DNA of 64,000 nucleotides from Candidatus Gottesmanbacteria bacterium (GTDB lineage Bacteria; Patescibacteriota; Microgenomatia; UBA10105; UBA927): positions 831,907 through 895,906 of the forward strand of contig OY970230.1 in assembly GCA_963714095.1 (NCBI GenBank). The letters are read 5' to 3'. The notes below the pieces were generated by a model. That model was given only the letters and a program-made list of their open reading frames with translations, was not told the DNA's origin and did not search any database. Position 1 is the first letter of the stretch. Every line of letters starts with the position of its first letter. The position numbers and the translations under genes were made by a program. Below are positions 53,349 to 62,285 of the stretch, piece by piece.

Positions 53349-53357
53349 GCTGGGCTC

Positions 53358-53365
53358 ATTATAAT
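53358..53365. promoter_or_regulatory. Palindromic bidirectional -10 element
   Basis: ATTATAAT gives TATAAT on both strands, 7 and 9 nt from divergent ATGs. Confidence 0.6.
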
Positions 53366-53372
53366 ACAAGTC

Positions 53373-53795
53373 ATGGCAGCACTCGGGTTTTTGAAGAAAT
53401 ATAAAATTATAATCATCGGCGTTGCCGCGGTTGTGGTCGTTGCTGCAGCCCCTTCCGTGTACTTTTTCCGCCAATATCAGGCGGCACAGCTCCGCATCAA
53501 TAATCCCACTGCTGCCACCAACCAGGATGCCAAAGATACGATTGCGGCGGTTGGTAAGTTAATCTTGTTACCGGAAGGTGAAAACCCTACCTTTGTACAG
53601 TTGACTGAGGCTGACGTAAGCAAATTAAAAAACCAGACTTATTTTGCTAACGCAAAAAGCGGAGACAGAATACTTATTTATATAAAGGCAAAAAAGGCCA
53701 TTTTATACCGCAGCGAAACGAATATGATTATTGATGTGGCACCGGTGAATGTCGGTAGCGCGTCAGCGACCCCTAGTCCAACTCTCAATAAATGA
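53373..53795 (+). CDS. Single-TM hypothetical protein
   Basis: N-terminal TM; VGKLILLPEGENPT...FANAKSGDRILIY...AILYR. Confidence 0.75.
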   Translation: MAALGFLKKYKIIIIGVAAVVVVAAAPSVYFFRQYQAAQLRINNPTAATNQDAKDTIAAVGKLILLPEGENPTFVQLTEADVSKLKNQTYFANAKSGDRILIYIKAKKAILYRSETNMIIDVAPVNVGSASATPSPTLNK

Positions 53796-53807
53796 TATAA
53801 TAGACAT

Positions 53808-54122
53808 ATGAGTACATTTCATGATGATAAATTGTGGCAGGAAGCATACACGTCGGTATTAGATCTGTGCGCGCTTACGGGAGATAACGAGGTTATCGCT
53901 CAGGCGCAAAAATTAGGTCTTAAGACCCTCACTATGATTGCAGACGGCGTCTCGCGCCGTGACCGCAGGGAACGGGATATGAAACTTCGCGATGCCGCAG
54001 GACGTGTCGCAGGTGTACGGAGTTTATTGTCCGTTGCCTGGGCGCAGGATGCGGTCAATGACGAAACATTTGCCAAACTTGACGGCGCCTATGAAAGCCT
54101 CGCTAACAAATTACCCCGATAA
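53808..54122 (+). CDS. Four-helix-bundle protein (23S rRNA IVP-like)
   Basis: FHDDKLWQEA...IADGVSR resembles the F.DL.VWQ.A...IAEG pattern. Confidence 0.6.
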   Translation: MSTFHDDKLWQEAYTSVLDLCALTGDNEVIAQAQKLGLKTLTMIADGVSRRDRRERDMKLRDAAGRVAGVRSLLSVAWAQDAVNDETFAKLDGAYESLANKLPR

Positions 54123-54166
54123 TTTCCCCCTTTACAGCACGCACTGTTTCCCTATACGCTTATCGT

Positions 54167-54796
54167 ATGATCGAAATAATCCCCGGTATTTTGGAAAAAG
54201 AATGGGAGATGATAGAGGAGCGGATCCGTTTAGTTACGGGGCTTGTTGACTGGGTGCACATAGATTTTGTTGATAATACGCTCGTGCCCAATACGACGTT
54301 TCTGGATTTTTCCCGTTTTTCCCGATTACCCCAATCTCCCCAATTAGAAGCCCACTTTATGGTCGCAAGCCCGGAGAAATATATTAAAGCAGCTGTGGAC
54401 GCCGGATTTAAACGCCTTATTGCACACGTTGAAGCGCACGACCCCCGGATTTTTTTGGATCAGGTGAAATACGAGCATGTCGAGGTAGGGATTGCAATTG
54501 ACGGTCCCACCGAGTTTGAAACACTCGAGCCGTTTTTGGAGGAAGTTGATTTCGTGGAAGTGATGATGGTGGAGGCAGGCTTCAGCGGCGGCACATTTTT
54601 GCCGGAATGCGCGGAAAAAATAAAGTCGATCCACAGCTATTTACCAGATTTGCCGATTGAAGTGACCGGGGGAATTACAGATAAAACCGCGCGGATCGCG
54701 GTTGAAGCTGGTGCCACACGGCTGGTATCCACAAGCTACGTCTTTCAGTACCCGGCAAATATCGCCGGGGCGATCGATCGATTACGAAATGCGTAA
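54167..54796 (+). CDS. rpe: Ribulose-phosphate 3-epimerase
   Basis: HIDFVDNTLVPN, EAHFMV, MMVEAGFSGG, VTGGI. Confidence 0.88.
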   Translation: MIEIIPGILEKEWEMIEERIRLVTGLVDWVHIDFVDNTLVPNTTFLDFSRFSRLPQSPQLEAHFMVASPEKYIKAAVDAGFKRLIAHVEAHDPRIFLDQVKYEHVEVGIAIDGPTEFETLEPFLEEVDFVEVMMVEAGFSGGTFLPECAEKIKSIHSYLPDLPIEVTGGITDKTARIAVEAGATRLVSTSYVFQYPANIAGAIDRLRNA

Positions 54797-54797
54797 C

Positions 54798-55649
54798 ATG
54801 AAAAAGTATATCCGTCTCCTCAGGCTTCAGGATCAATATATACCCGCGTTTGCCGCCATCTCTGCAGGGGTGTACCTTTCTTCACGAAGCCTCAGTATCC
54901 TCTGGTGGGCGATAGCGGGGACATTTTTATCATTCACCGCATTTATTATTAACGAAATGACGGATCAGCAGGATACGGATAAATATAGTTGGAACCCAGT
55001 CCACTCGCTTTATCGCGAGAAGTGGAATATGAATATCGTCTGGACCATGTTTTTCGTTTTTTCCGTTGCCGGACTTATCATAAGTTATCTTGTTGGATTG
55101 TTCATATGGGGACTGGCGATATACCTTATCGGCATTTTGTATTCCCTTAAACCTATTCGGCTCAAAGGGAGAATTGTGTTTGATGTCGCGGCACAACTTT
55201 TGGTTTGGTGGATTTTGCCGTTTTTAGCGCCGGTATGGACTGCGGGTGACCACGTACGGGGCGTATGGTTTACGGCGATTATGGGCTTTATTATTTGGTT
55301 TGCGTTCTACCCATACCAGATTTCAGATTTACCTGCGGATCGAAAAGCCGGCCTTCGCAATACGCATGTCGTCCTGGGAGTACAAAAAAGTCTTCAACTC
55401 GGGTGTATCTTAGGTGTAGTTGGAAGCATCCTCTACATTTGGTTCGGACTGGGCCGATCATTCCCATCAACACTACCGCTTATGGGCATTGCGATGATGG
55501 AATTGTATTTCTATAGTTGTTGGATGCGCGCCGGATCTGAAACTGCGTCGCTCGCGTTGATGCGGAGAGACATACCGGCATTTAAAATTATCGGTCAATT
55601 TCTTGTCCCATACATTCTTCTCGTCTGGTTGGGGATTATCCGCTTGTAG
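54798..55649 (+). CDS. UbiA-family prenyltransferase
   Basis: INEMTDQQDTD, YSLKPIRLK, DLPADRKAG; multi-TM. Confidence 0.88.
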   Translation: MKKYIRLLRLQDQYIPAFAAISAGVYLSSRSLSILWWAIAGTFLSFTAFIINEMTDQQDTDKYSWNPVHSLYREKWNMNIVWTMFFVFSVAGLIISYLVGLFIWGLAIYLIGILYSLKPIRLKGRIVFDVAAQLLVWWILPFLAPVWTAGDHVRGVWFTAIMGFIIWFAFYPYQISDLPADRKAGLRNTHVVLGVQKSLQLGCILGVVGSILYIWFGLGRSFPSTLPLMGIAMMELYFYSCWMRAGSETASLALMRRDIPAFKIIGQFLVPYILLVWLGIIRL

Positions 55650-56301
55650 CCGGTGCCTGAGAAACGATCTCAATAGCGTGTGAGGTGCCGATGCGCGAAG
55701 CACCGGCGTCGATAAACGCTTTCGTGACTTCGTAGGTCGCGACGCCGCCGGCAACTTTTATTTTCATATTCGGCACCGCTTTGCGGACGATTGTGACATC
55801 TTCAACGGTCGGATTCCGTGGTCCCATGCCGGAGCCGATTTTAACAAAATCCGCCCCTGCTTGTTGGATTGATATGGCGGCCTGCTCTATGAATTCCGGA
55901 GAACTCATATACCCGGGCTCCAGAATAAACTTTACAATCACGGGTTTCCCGACCATGCGGGCCGCGTCGACTATTGTTTTCATTTCCTCAACAAACGCGT
56001 TTGTGTTGCCTGAGAGAAATATGCCGATGTTGGGGACAACGTCCAGCTCGTCCGCTCCAAGAGTGACAGCCTCGTTGCCTGCGGCGCGTTTTGCGGCAAC
56101 GGTGTCCTGTCCCAGGGGAAACGATACGACCGTTCCCACGCGGACACCCTTGCTTTTGGCAAGCGTAATGTAGGCGGCGTTCACAAATGCAGCATGGAAG
56201 CCGTACTTGGTGACCTTTGCACACAGTGATTCAATATCGGCAGGAGTCGCGTCTGCGCGGTGGTTTGCAAAATCGAGGTACTGGGCAAGAGGGTTGGGCA
56301 T
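55636..56301 (-). CDS. deoC: Deoxyribose-phosphate aldolase
   Basis: VSFPLG, GADELDVV, VKFILE, GADFVK, IKVAGG, RIGTS. Confidence 0.92.
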   Translation of the reverse strand: MPNPLAQYLDFANHRADATPADIESLCAKVTKYGFHAAFVNAAYITLAKSKGVRVGTVVSFPLGQDTVAAKRAAGNEAVTLGADELDVVPNIGIFLSGNTNAFVEEMKTIVDAARMVGKPVIVKFILEPGYMSSPEFIEQAAISIQQAGADFVKIGSGMGPRNPTVEDVTIVRKAVPNMKIKVAGGVATYEVTKAFIDAGASRIGTSHAIEIVSQAPATSG

Positions 56302-56326
56302 GGGTATAGTATAGCAGACCCGATTA

Positions 56327-56701
56327 TTATTTTTTTCTCAATAATTTTCCAAGCAATGAAAGATTAGCAGGTACTTCACTCGGATCCATGCCACGGATAA
56401 GGTGACCCATATGACGTGCAGTTTCTTGTTGGTTTGGTGTCTTTAAGGCTATTTCTTCAGATAAGATTCCGCGTATATGTCGCAATGCTTCTTCCGGGTC
56501 TGGAAAAATTGCATCACTGAATATTTTGCCCCGGAATACCTCATCCCTCAGCCGGCGAAGTTCTTCAACCGGAAGTTCTTCGAGCGGTATACCTTCGAAT
56601 TGCCCCTCAACATGCTCGAGAATTAAACGTTGCGTGGTGGGACTGAGCCCCTGAAATCCGGGGGTTTTTTGGTTTTCCTGCTTTTCTTTGAGCACGTTCA
56701 T
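56327..56701 (-). CDS. Hypothetical protein
   Basis: 124-aa ORF. Confidence 0.55.
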   Translation of the reverse strand: MNVLKEKQENQKTPGFQGLSPTTQRLILEHVEGQFEGIPLEELPVEELRRLRDEVFRGKIFSDAIFPDPEEALRHIRGILSEEIALKTPNQQETARHMGHLIRGMDPSEVPANLSLLGKLLRKK

Positions 56702-56773
56702 AAAAAAGTGCCGGTATGGGTCAATACGAGGAAATTATATCAGAAAGCAACGATAAATGTGTATAATAACCTC

Positions 56774-57751
56774 ATGTACCACAGTGTTTTTGTCGCCGGC
56801 ACCTTTGACGGGCTCCACGCGGGCCATAATGCCATTCTCGCGGCCTCCTGCGAGGCGGGGGACAGTGTAACCATCGGCCTTACCAGTGATGTATTTATAA
56901 GGAATTTCAAAAAAAATGCCTCTGCAATTGCTTCGTTTGCGCAGCGGAGAAAACATCTCGAGCAGTGGCTCAGAGCGCATGGGTACGGCGAAAAAGCGCT
57001 GATTATCCCCATCGACGATCCGTATGAACCGGCAGCGAGTATCACCGATCTTGAAGTGCTTGTGGTGACTCCCGATAATAAATCCAGAGGCGAGGAGATT
57101 AACCGTATCCGTAAAGAAAAAAATCTCATGCCGCTCGGATTACTCGTCGTGCCTCTGGTTGCCGCAGAAGATAAAAAATCTATTTCGTCCACACGTGTGC
57201 GCGATGGCGAGGTCGATACAGCAGGCAGATTAATTCTGCCCGATAGCCTGCGGCAGGAACTCGCTCAACCTTTAGGAACTATCCTCATAGGTGATGCCAT
57301 AGGAAGCTCCATAGAAGCTCACAGACAGGGTATTATTGTGACGTGTGGTGATATAACAACGAAGACGCTGTTGACCGCGGGCGTGACGCCGTCCCTCTCA
57401 ATCGTGGATTTCCAGGTCGGGCGTAGCCCGTTCCCTGAACTGGACGGACGTTTTGCGGCGCTCAATATTTTTCGCGTCTCTGTCGCGAGCGGCCCCGGAT
57501 TTATCGCCAAAGAGGCGGTAGAAGTGATAAAAAAATGGGCGTCGCATCCGGAAGAAAAAATAGTACTGGCGGTTTCGGGTGAAGAAGACTTACTCGCCCT
57601 AGCAGCCATCGCCTACGGGCCAACCGGTGCGGTTGTCTATTACGGACAACCGGGGAAGGGATTGGTGGAAGTCGTGATAAACGAGGCAATTGTACAAAAA
57701 GCCGCTCAACTTCTCCTAAAATTTGTTCTGAAGCCGCAGGAAAGAGTATAA
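56774..57751 (+). CDS. coaD: Archaeal-type phosphopantetheine adenylyltransferase fused to DUF359 GTP-dependent dephospho-CoA kinase
   Basis: GTFDGLHAGH, IGLTSD, ISSTRVR; then LRQELAQPLG, CGD, GEEDLLAL, VYYGQPGKG. Confidence 0.85.
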   Translation: MYHSVFVAGTFDGLHAGHNAILAASCEAGDSVTIGLTSDVFIRNFKKNASAIASFAQRRKHLEQWLRAHGYGEKALIIPIDDPYEPAASITDLEVLVVTPDNKSRGEEINRIRKEKNLMPLGLLVVPLVAAEDKKSISSTRVRDGEVDTAGRLILPDSLRQELAQPLGTILIGDAIGSSIEAHRQGIIVTCGDITTKTLLTAGVTPSLSIVDFQVGRSPFPELDGRFAALNIFRVSVASGPGFIAKEAVEVIKKWASHPEEKIVLAVSGEEDLLALAAIAYGPTGAVVYYGQPGKGLVEVVINEAIVQKAAQLLLKFVLKPQERV

Positions 57752-57773
57752 TAATACTGTTAGAACAACAAGA

Positions 57774-58565
57774 ATGCATATGGCAGCGGAATCTGAACCC
57801 AATCCAACAACCATTCTTACTGCTATTGATCAATTCACCCTGTATTCCCCCGAGGTTCATGCATTAGTGAAACTATGGAAGCAGGTTTTAGTTGTTTTCC
57901 ATCCGGACGTGACAAGCATTGAAGTTGATCCGCATATTTTACCCAGTAATACAGACGAATTTGATAATACCTGGAGTCTTAATCCTCAGATGACGGGGTT
58001 GCTTTTTGATGCAAAAAACGCAGGAATACATGTGGTCGTGATGGAAACAGCCCGTACGCACCAGATGGGTTCACAGGTTCTCCCGGCAAAAGAGACGCTT
58101 TTGCGTAGCGCCTCATCACTCATAATTCCCTGGGAATACCATCTTGGGTCGCCTAGTTGTATCAGTGCGTTATTGAAAGCTCACGGTGTTCCGATTCAGC
58201 CAGATGAAGATGTCATGCAGTATACACAACCGGAAATATTGTTTGCTCTTGACAAAGATCAGCAGTGTCTTACGTTATATAAAGATTATGGTGTGCCGCA
58301 AAACGACACTTTTTCGTCTCTTGTTAAAGGAAAATCTGAACGCATTGAAGTTAAGTATCCACTCATGGCGCCCTTACTAAGGGTGCGCCTTCATCCAACG
58401 GAAGCCAAGATACACCCCAGTCTGGTATCAACAGATCGTGGAAGCGATAGAATAGCATTTCCGAAGTTGACTGATCAAATAGGGATGAAAGTTCCGGTTT
58501 TAAAAGAAGTAGCCCAATTACGCGGGGAGATTGGTCAATTCTTCGGTCGTTCCCTTGACAGGTGA
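57774..58565 (+). CDS. Hypothetical protein
   Basis: 263-aa ORF. Confidence 0.6.
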   Translation: MHMAAESEPNPTTILTAIDQFTLYSPEVHALVKLWKQVLVVFHPDVTSIEVDPHILPSNTDEFDNTWSLNPQMTGLLFDAKNAGIHVVVMETARTHQMGSQVLPAKETLLRSASSLIIPWEYHLGSPSCISALLKAHGVPIQPDEDVMQYTQPEILFALDKDQQCLTLYKDYGVPQNDTFSSLVKGKSERIEVKYPLMAPLLRVRLHPTEAKIHPSLVSTDRGSDRIAFPKLTDQIGMKVPVLKEVAQLRGEIGQFFGRSLDR

Positions 58566-58589
58566 TTTCCGACACCCGATACTTAATGT

Positions 58590-59447
58590 ATGGCAAAATA
58601 CGTCCCCGATGTTAAAACACAGCGGTGGGTGATTATTGCGGCTGCCCGAAGTAAGCGTCCGGATGAGTCAACCACTCCGCAAACAGGCGCACCTGTGTGC
58701 GCGTTTTGCGAAGGCAACGAGACGTTGACTCCGCCGGAAGTCTACCGGATCGGCGCCGGAGAAAAAGATAAACCAGGATGGCAGGTCCGCGTGGTCCCCA
58801 ATAAATACGCCATTACCGATATTCATGAAGTCATTATTCACAGCCCGAGCCATACGGATGATTTGGAGCATCTTCCCACAGAACAGGTTGCCCGCATACT
58901 GACGGCGTACCGCGACCGCTACCGCGCCCATGAGGGAGACGGGCAGGTGATTATTTTTTGTAACCATGGTTTCCATGCAGGCGCCAGTCTCATGCACCCT
59001 CATTCGCAATTAGTCGTGGTTCCGAAGCAAATCAATCTGGATTCCCTGTACCGCGAGCCCATAACCAATATTGTTGAGGAGAATACCTCGTTTGTCACCT
59101 ATTGTCCGGATTTTTCACAGTGGCCGTATGAGACGTGGATTGCGCCTAAAACCGTAGGGACAAAATTCGGTGATACGCCGGAAGGGGAGTTACCGGACTT
59201 GGCCATGGTATTACAGACTATTCTTAAAAAATTGGAGAAAATATATATTGCATCCACGATTAAGCCGAAAGACCGTTCTGACAATACGTTCGTTTACAAC
59301 TATTATATTTATCACGGTACGGACTGGTTTATCCGCATCATTCCGCGCTTTATTCACCGTGCAGGATTTGAGCTGGGGACCGGCTTAAACGTGAACGTGG
59401 TGGATCCCACCGAAGCCGCGAAGGAAATTAAAGAAACCACGATATAA
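58590..59447 (+). CDS. galT: Galactose-1-phosphate uridylyltransferase-like (GalT/HIT)
   Basis: RSKRP, CAFCEGNE, RVVPNKY, GASLMHPHSQ, AGFELGTG. Confidence 0.85.
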   Translation: MAKYVPDVKTQRWVIIAAARSKRPDESTTPQTGAPVCAFCEGNETLTPPEVYRIGAGEKDKPGWQVRVVPNKYAITDIHEVIIHSPSHTDDLEHLPTEQVARILTAYRDRYRAHEGDGQVIIFCNHGFHAGASLMHPHSQLVVVPKQINLDSLYREPITNIVEENTSFVTYCPDFSQWPYETWIAPKTVGTKFGDTPEGELPDLAMVLQTILKKLEKIYIASTIKPKDRSDNTFVYNYYIYHGTDWFIRIIPRFIHRAGFELGTGLNVNVVDPTEAAKEIKETTI

Positions 59448-59468
59448 CACGTACAATTCGTTAGCTCG

Positions 59469-59669
59469 TTAGACCGCCCCTTTTTGCTGAAGACCCAGGA
59501 GCCACATGACTGCTTCTTTCTTGTACCGGCGGTCGCCGCGTGAATTGATGCGGATTGCGGGTAACTTTCCGCGTTTGCCCCACCGTTTGATCGTGAGTGG
59601 CGACACACGAAGAATTTTTGCGACCTCGCGGACTGTCAACAAATCCGGCCATTCATCACCAAGTGCCAT
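59469..59669 (-). CDS. BldC/excisionase-like MerR-type HTH DNA-binding protein
   Basis: LLTVREVAKILRVSPLTIKRWGKRGKLPAIRINSRGDRRY; AAGGAGA SD. Confidence 0.88.
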   Translation of the reverse strand: MALGDEWPDLLTVREVAKILRVSPLTIKRWGKRGKLPAIRINSRGDRRYKKEAVMWLLGLQQKGAV

Positions 59670-59710
59670 AGATCTCCTTTTTTCGGGCAAGAAAATTATT
59701 TTAGGCAGTA

Positions 59711-59764
59711 TCAATATTCATCACAACAGTACATCGTCAATCAAACATTGTCAAGAGACATCAA
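59711..59764 (-). promoter_or_regulatory. Promoter TTGACA-17-TACTGT overlaid by 10-bp phased TCAA repeats
   Basis: -35 at 59754-59749, -10 at 59731-59726; TCA(A) at 59711, 59721, 59741, 59751, 59761. Confidence 0.6.
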
Positions 59765-59922
59765 ATGCGTGCAGATACTTTTATATCTATTGTTATAGAT
59801 AAAGGAAAAATCGTTTCGAAAAACGAAAGATCATATATAAGAACCTTTTTTTACACATTTTTGGATACATCTGACAGATATCGGGAATTTCGAATTATTT
59901 TGGTATTCGATGAAAAAGCAGT

Positions 59923-59949
59923 CGCGTGTAACGCGTGTAACGCGGGTAA
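59923..59949. repeat. 3x 9-bp tandem repeat CGCG(T/G)GTAA
   Basis: CGCGTGTAA CGCGTGTAA CGCGGGTAA. Confidence 0.8.
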
Positions 59950-60374
59950 AAAATAACGGCATGTGGATTTTCAGTACCGTGGAAAATCGGGGCAGGGGTG
60001 TCGCCGGACAGATCGGGTAAAAAGTGTGCTTGTATCAAAAAGTGAGCAATTTTAAAAAGTATTCAAAGCAGGATATATTGGATACAAAAAGAGTTCAATA
60101 ATATCCACAATATCGCACAAACAATCCACAATGATTCGTCTTGCGTACGTATTCGGAAAATGCCGAAAAAGCGAAATACAACGAATAAGGTAAGTACATC
60201 AAATTTGATCAACCTGTAGTCTTCCGAGGAATACAATGAATTGGCAGAGGATGCGATAGAGCGCCACGCCGGTAAAATGGCGTTCGGTAAAGCTACGGGG
60301 AATATCGCGTTTTGACGCCATTTCTTAGCACTTAGCCTCAAACAGCGCCAGCCCCTGTAATGCCCTAGGACGGC

Positions 60375-60429
60375 AAAAAAACGGCTAGACTCAAAATACC
60401 TCCAAAGGTAAAGTGACGAGTCTAGCCGT
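60375..60429 (-). terminator. Rho-independent terminator downstream of the epimerase fragment
   Basis: 12-bp stem ACGGCTAGACTC/GAGTCTAGCCGT with inner hairpin, then U-run on minus. Confidence 0.7.
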
Positions 60430-60507
60430 CAACCAATAAAAAAGTCGAATACGGATAAAAAATAACGCAATGAAAGTCTGGCGATAGATTGTCAGCCTTC
60501 TTCACAG

Positions 60508-60768
60508 TTAACGAACTGACACTGTGGTGGGCAATTTGTCCAGGATGAGCGGGAGCGAGCGGTTATTTTCGATAAACCATTCAATTGAGCTTCGAAGGCC
60601 CTCTGTGAACGCGACTTGCGGTTCCCATCCCAATTTCAATTTGGCATGCGAGATGTCCAGGACACTCCGTTTTTGTTCACCCGGTTTATCCGGACCGTGA
60701 ATCGCTGTAGCGTAGACGCCGCAGATTTCGGTTATGAGCCGGAAAATGGTATTGACGTCCGTCTCTAT
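60508..60768 (-). pseudogene. C-terminal fragment of NAD-dependent epimerase (GalE-like)
   Basis: IETDVNTIF...HGPDKPGEQKRSVLDISHAKLKLGWEPQVAFTEGLRSSIEWF; no N-terminal Rossmann fold. Confidence 0.8.
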
Positions 60769-60901
60769 GGTACGTCTCGGCCCCCTATTAACACCAGAAG
60801 AACTCGAAATACAAAGGGCAAAAGCATTAGAATTGGAAAGAGGAAAAGCGATTGGTGTTGCACTGCGGGGTACCCTCATCCGATCGGTAAAGCAATCATT
60901 C

Positions 60902-60930
60902 TTGCCCCCAAAGAAATAACCTGCTATAAT
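60902..60930 (+). promoter_or_regulatory. Promoter of rplJL
   Basis: TTGCCC-17-TATAAT. Confidence 0.6.
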
Positions 60931-60940
60931 CCTTTTATCC

Positions 60941-61010
60941 TAAAGACCGTAAGCATTCCGAAAGGATAGAAGTCTTACCGAGGGAATACTTCCTCGCTTT
61001 TGGCGGGGAT
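60941..61010 (+). ncRNA. Ribosomal protein L10 leader
   Basis: AAGACCGTAAG...CTTACCGAGG motif directly upstream of rplJ. Confidence 0.7.
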
Positions 61011-61020
61011 TTTTATTTAT

Positions 61021-61536
61021 ATGGCAACACAACGAAAAATAGACGCAGTCACCCAGCTTACTGAAAAAGTCGCGAAAGCCAAATCTATTGTTTTGGCTGA
61101 TTACCGCGGCCTCAAGCATAAACAACTCGAGGAACTGCGCCGCACGCTGAAGAAAACTAACGCGGAATTTTCAGTTACGAAAAACCGCCTATTTGCTAAA
61201 GCATTAGGCGACAAGGCAAAATCCGTTGAAGGACTCCTGAAAGAGTCAACCGGCGCGCTGTTTGCGTATGCAGATGAAATCACCCCTCTTGGGGTGCTGT
61301 TAAAATTTTTCAAAACCACAGGATTCGGCAAGACCAAAGGCGGATTGTTGGGTGATACAGTGCTCTCTGACGCAGACGTTTCACGGCTTGCCGCGCTCGC
61401 CCCCCGGCCGGTACTCTATTCGATGCTCGCGGCCCAGCTGAACGCACCGATTCAGGGCCTGCACTATGCACTGAACTGGAATTTGAACAAGCTCGTTTGG
61501 GCTTTGAATAGTATAAAGGAAAAGAAAACGAATTAA
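61021..61536 (+). CDS. rplJ: 50S ribosomal protein L10
   Basis: ADYRGL...LRRTLK...VTKNRL, LAAQLNAPI; precedes rplL. Confidence 0.95.
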   Translation: MATQRKIDAVTQLTEKVAKAKSIVLADYRGLKHKQLEELRRTLKKTNAEFSVTKNRLFAKALGDKAKSVEGLLKESTGALFAYADEITPLGVLLKFFKTTGFGKTKGGLLGDTVLSDADVSRLAALAPRPVLYSMLAAQLNAPIQGLHYALNWNLNKLVWALNSIKEKKTN

Positions 61537-61560
61537 TTTGATGGGAGGTGACACACAAGT

Positions 61561-61947
61561 ATGGCAAAATTATCAAAAGATGAAATTTTAAAATCGGTAG
61601 AAGAGATGACGGTGTTGGAACTGGCAGATTTAGTCAAGGCATTGGAGGAAAAATTTGGTGTCACCGCGGCACCCGTAGCCGTAGCGGCAGCGGGAGCACC
61701 AGCGGCAGACGCAGGCGAACCAAAAGAGGAACAAACGGTATTCAACGTGGTTCTGAAGGAAGCTGGAGCAAACCGGATCGGCGCAATTAAAGCCGTCCGC
61801 GAACTCGTTCCTACCCTGGGACTTCAGGAAGCAAAAGCACTCGTTGAGAGCGCACCGAAGGAAGTCTTAACCGGCGTTAATAAGAGTACAGCAGAAGAGG
61901 CAAAGAAAAAATTAGAGGCAGCCGGAGCAAAGGTCGAGCTCAAGTAA
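61561..61947 (+). CDS. rplL: 50S ribosomal protein L7/L12
   Basis: [37 protein letters not shown]. Confidence 0.98.
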   Translation: MAKLSKDEILKSVEEMTVLELADLVKALEEKFGVTAAPVAVAAAGAPAADAGEPKEEQTVFNVVLKEAGANRIGAIKAVRELVPTLGLQEAKALVESAPKEVLTGVNKSTAEEAKKKLEAAGAKVELK

Positions 61948-61969
61948 CACTGATTTTAAGAATATTTAC

Positions 61970-61999
61970 AAAATTCCCCGCCATGAGGCGGGGTTTTTG
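61970..61999 (+). terminator. Rho-independent terminator of rplJL
   Basis: CCCCGCC-ATGA-GGCGGGG-TTTTT. Confidence 0.85.
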
Positions 62000-62037
62000 T
62001 GAAATATACTGTATTTACCTCATATTTTATCCTATAG

Positions 62038-62066
62038 TTGATATTCCTCTTCATTAAACGTATAAT
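62038..62066 (+). promoter_or_regulatory. sigma70 promoter of GT2 operon
   Basis: TTGATA-17-TATAAT. Confidence 0.7.
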
Positions 62067-62149
62067 TTAGTGCTCCATTCTTTGGGGCAATGTTTGTTTG
62101 CATTTCTGTTTCCCGACGCTTGCGTCGGATAAAACGGTGCGCAAATGAC

Positions 62150-62161
62150 AGCTCTTTAACA
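62150..62161 (+). promoter_or_regulatory. Nus-factor boxA element
   Basis: AGCTCTTTAACA (11/12 to rrn boxA), preceded by hairpin CCGACG-CTTG-CGTCGG. Confidence 0.6.
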
Positions 62162-62285
62162 AGTCAATACGGATAAATACACTCTCCTACTCTTTCTTTC
62201 GTTAGAGCGCCCAGCGGACGACCGTTCGCCCATTGCGCGCTCTAACGGAGGAGAGCACCCAAATTTTATTCAAGGAGATGTTGAG

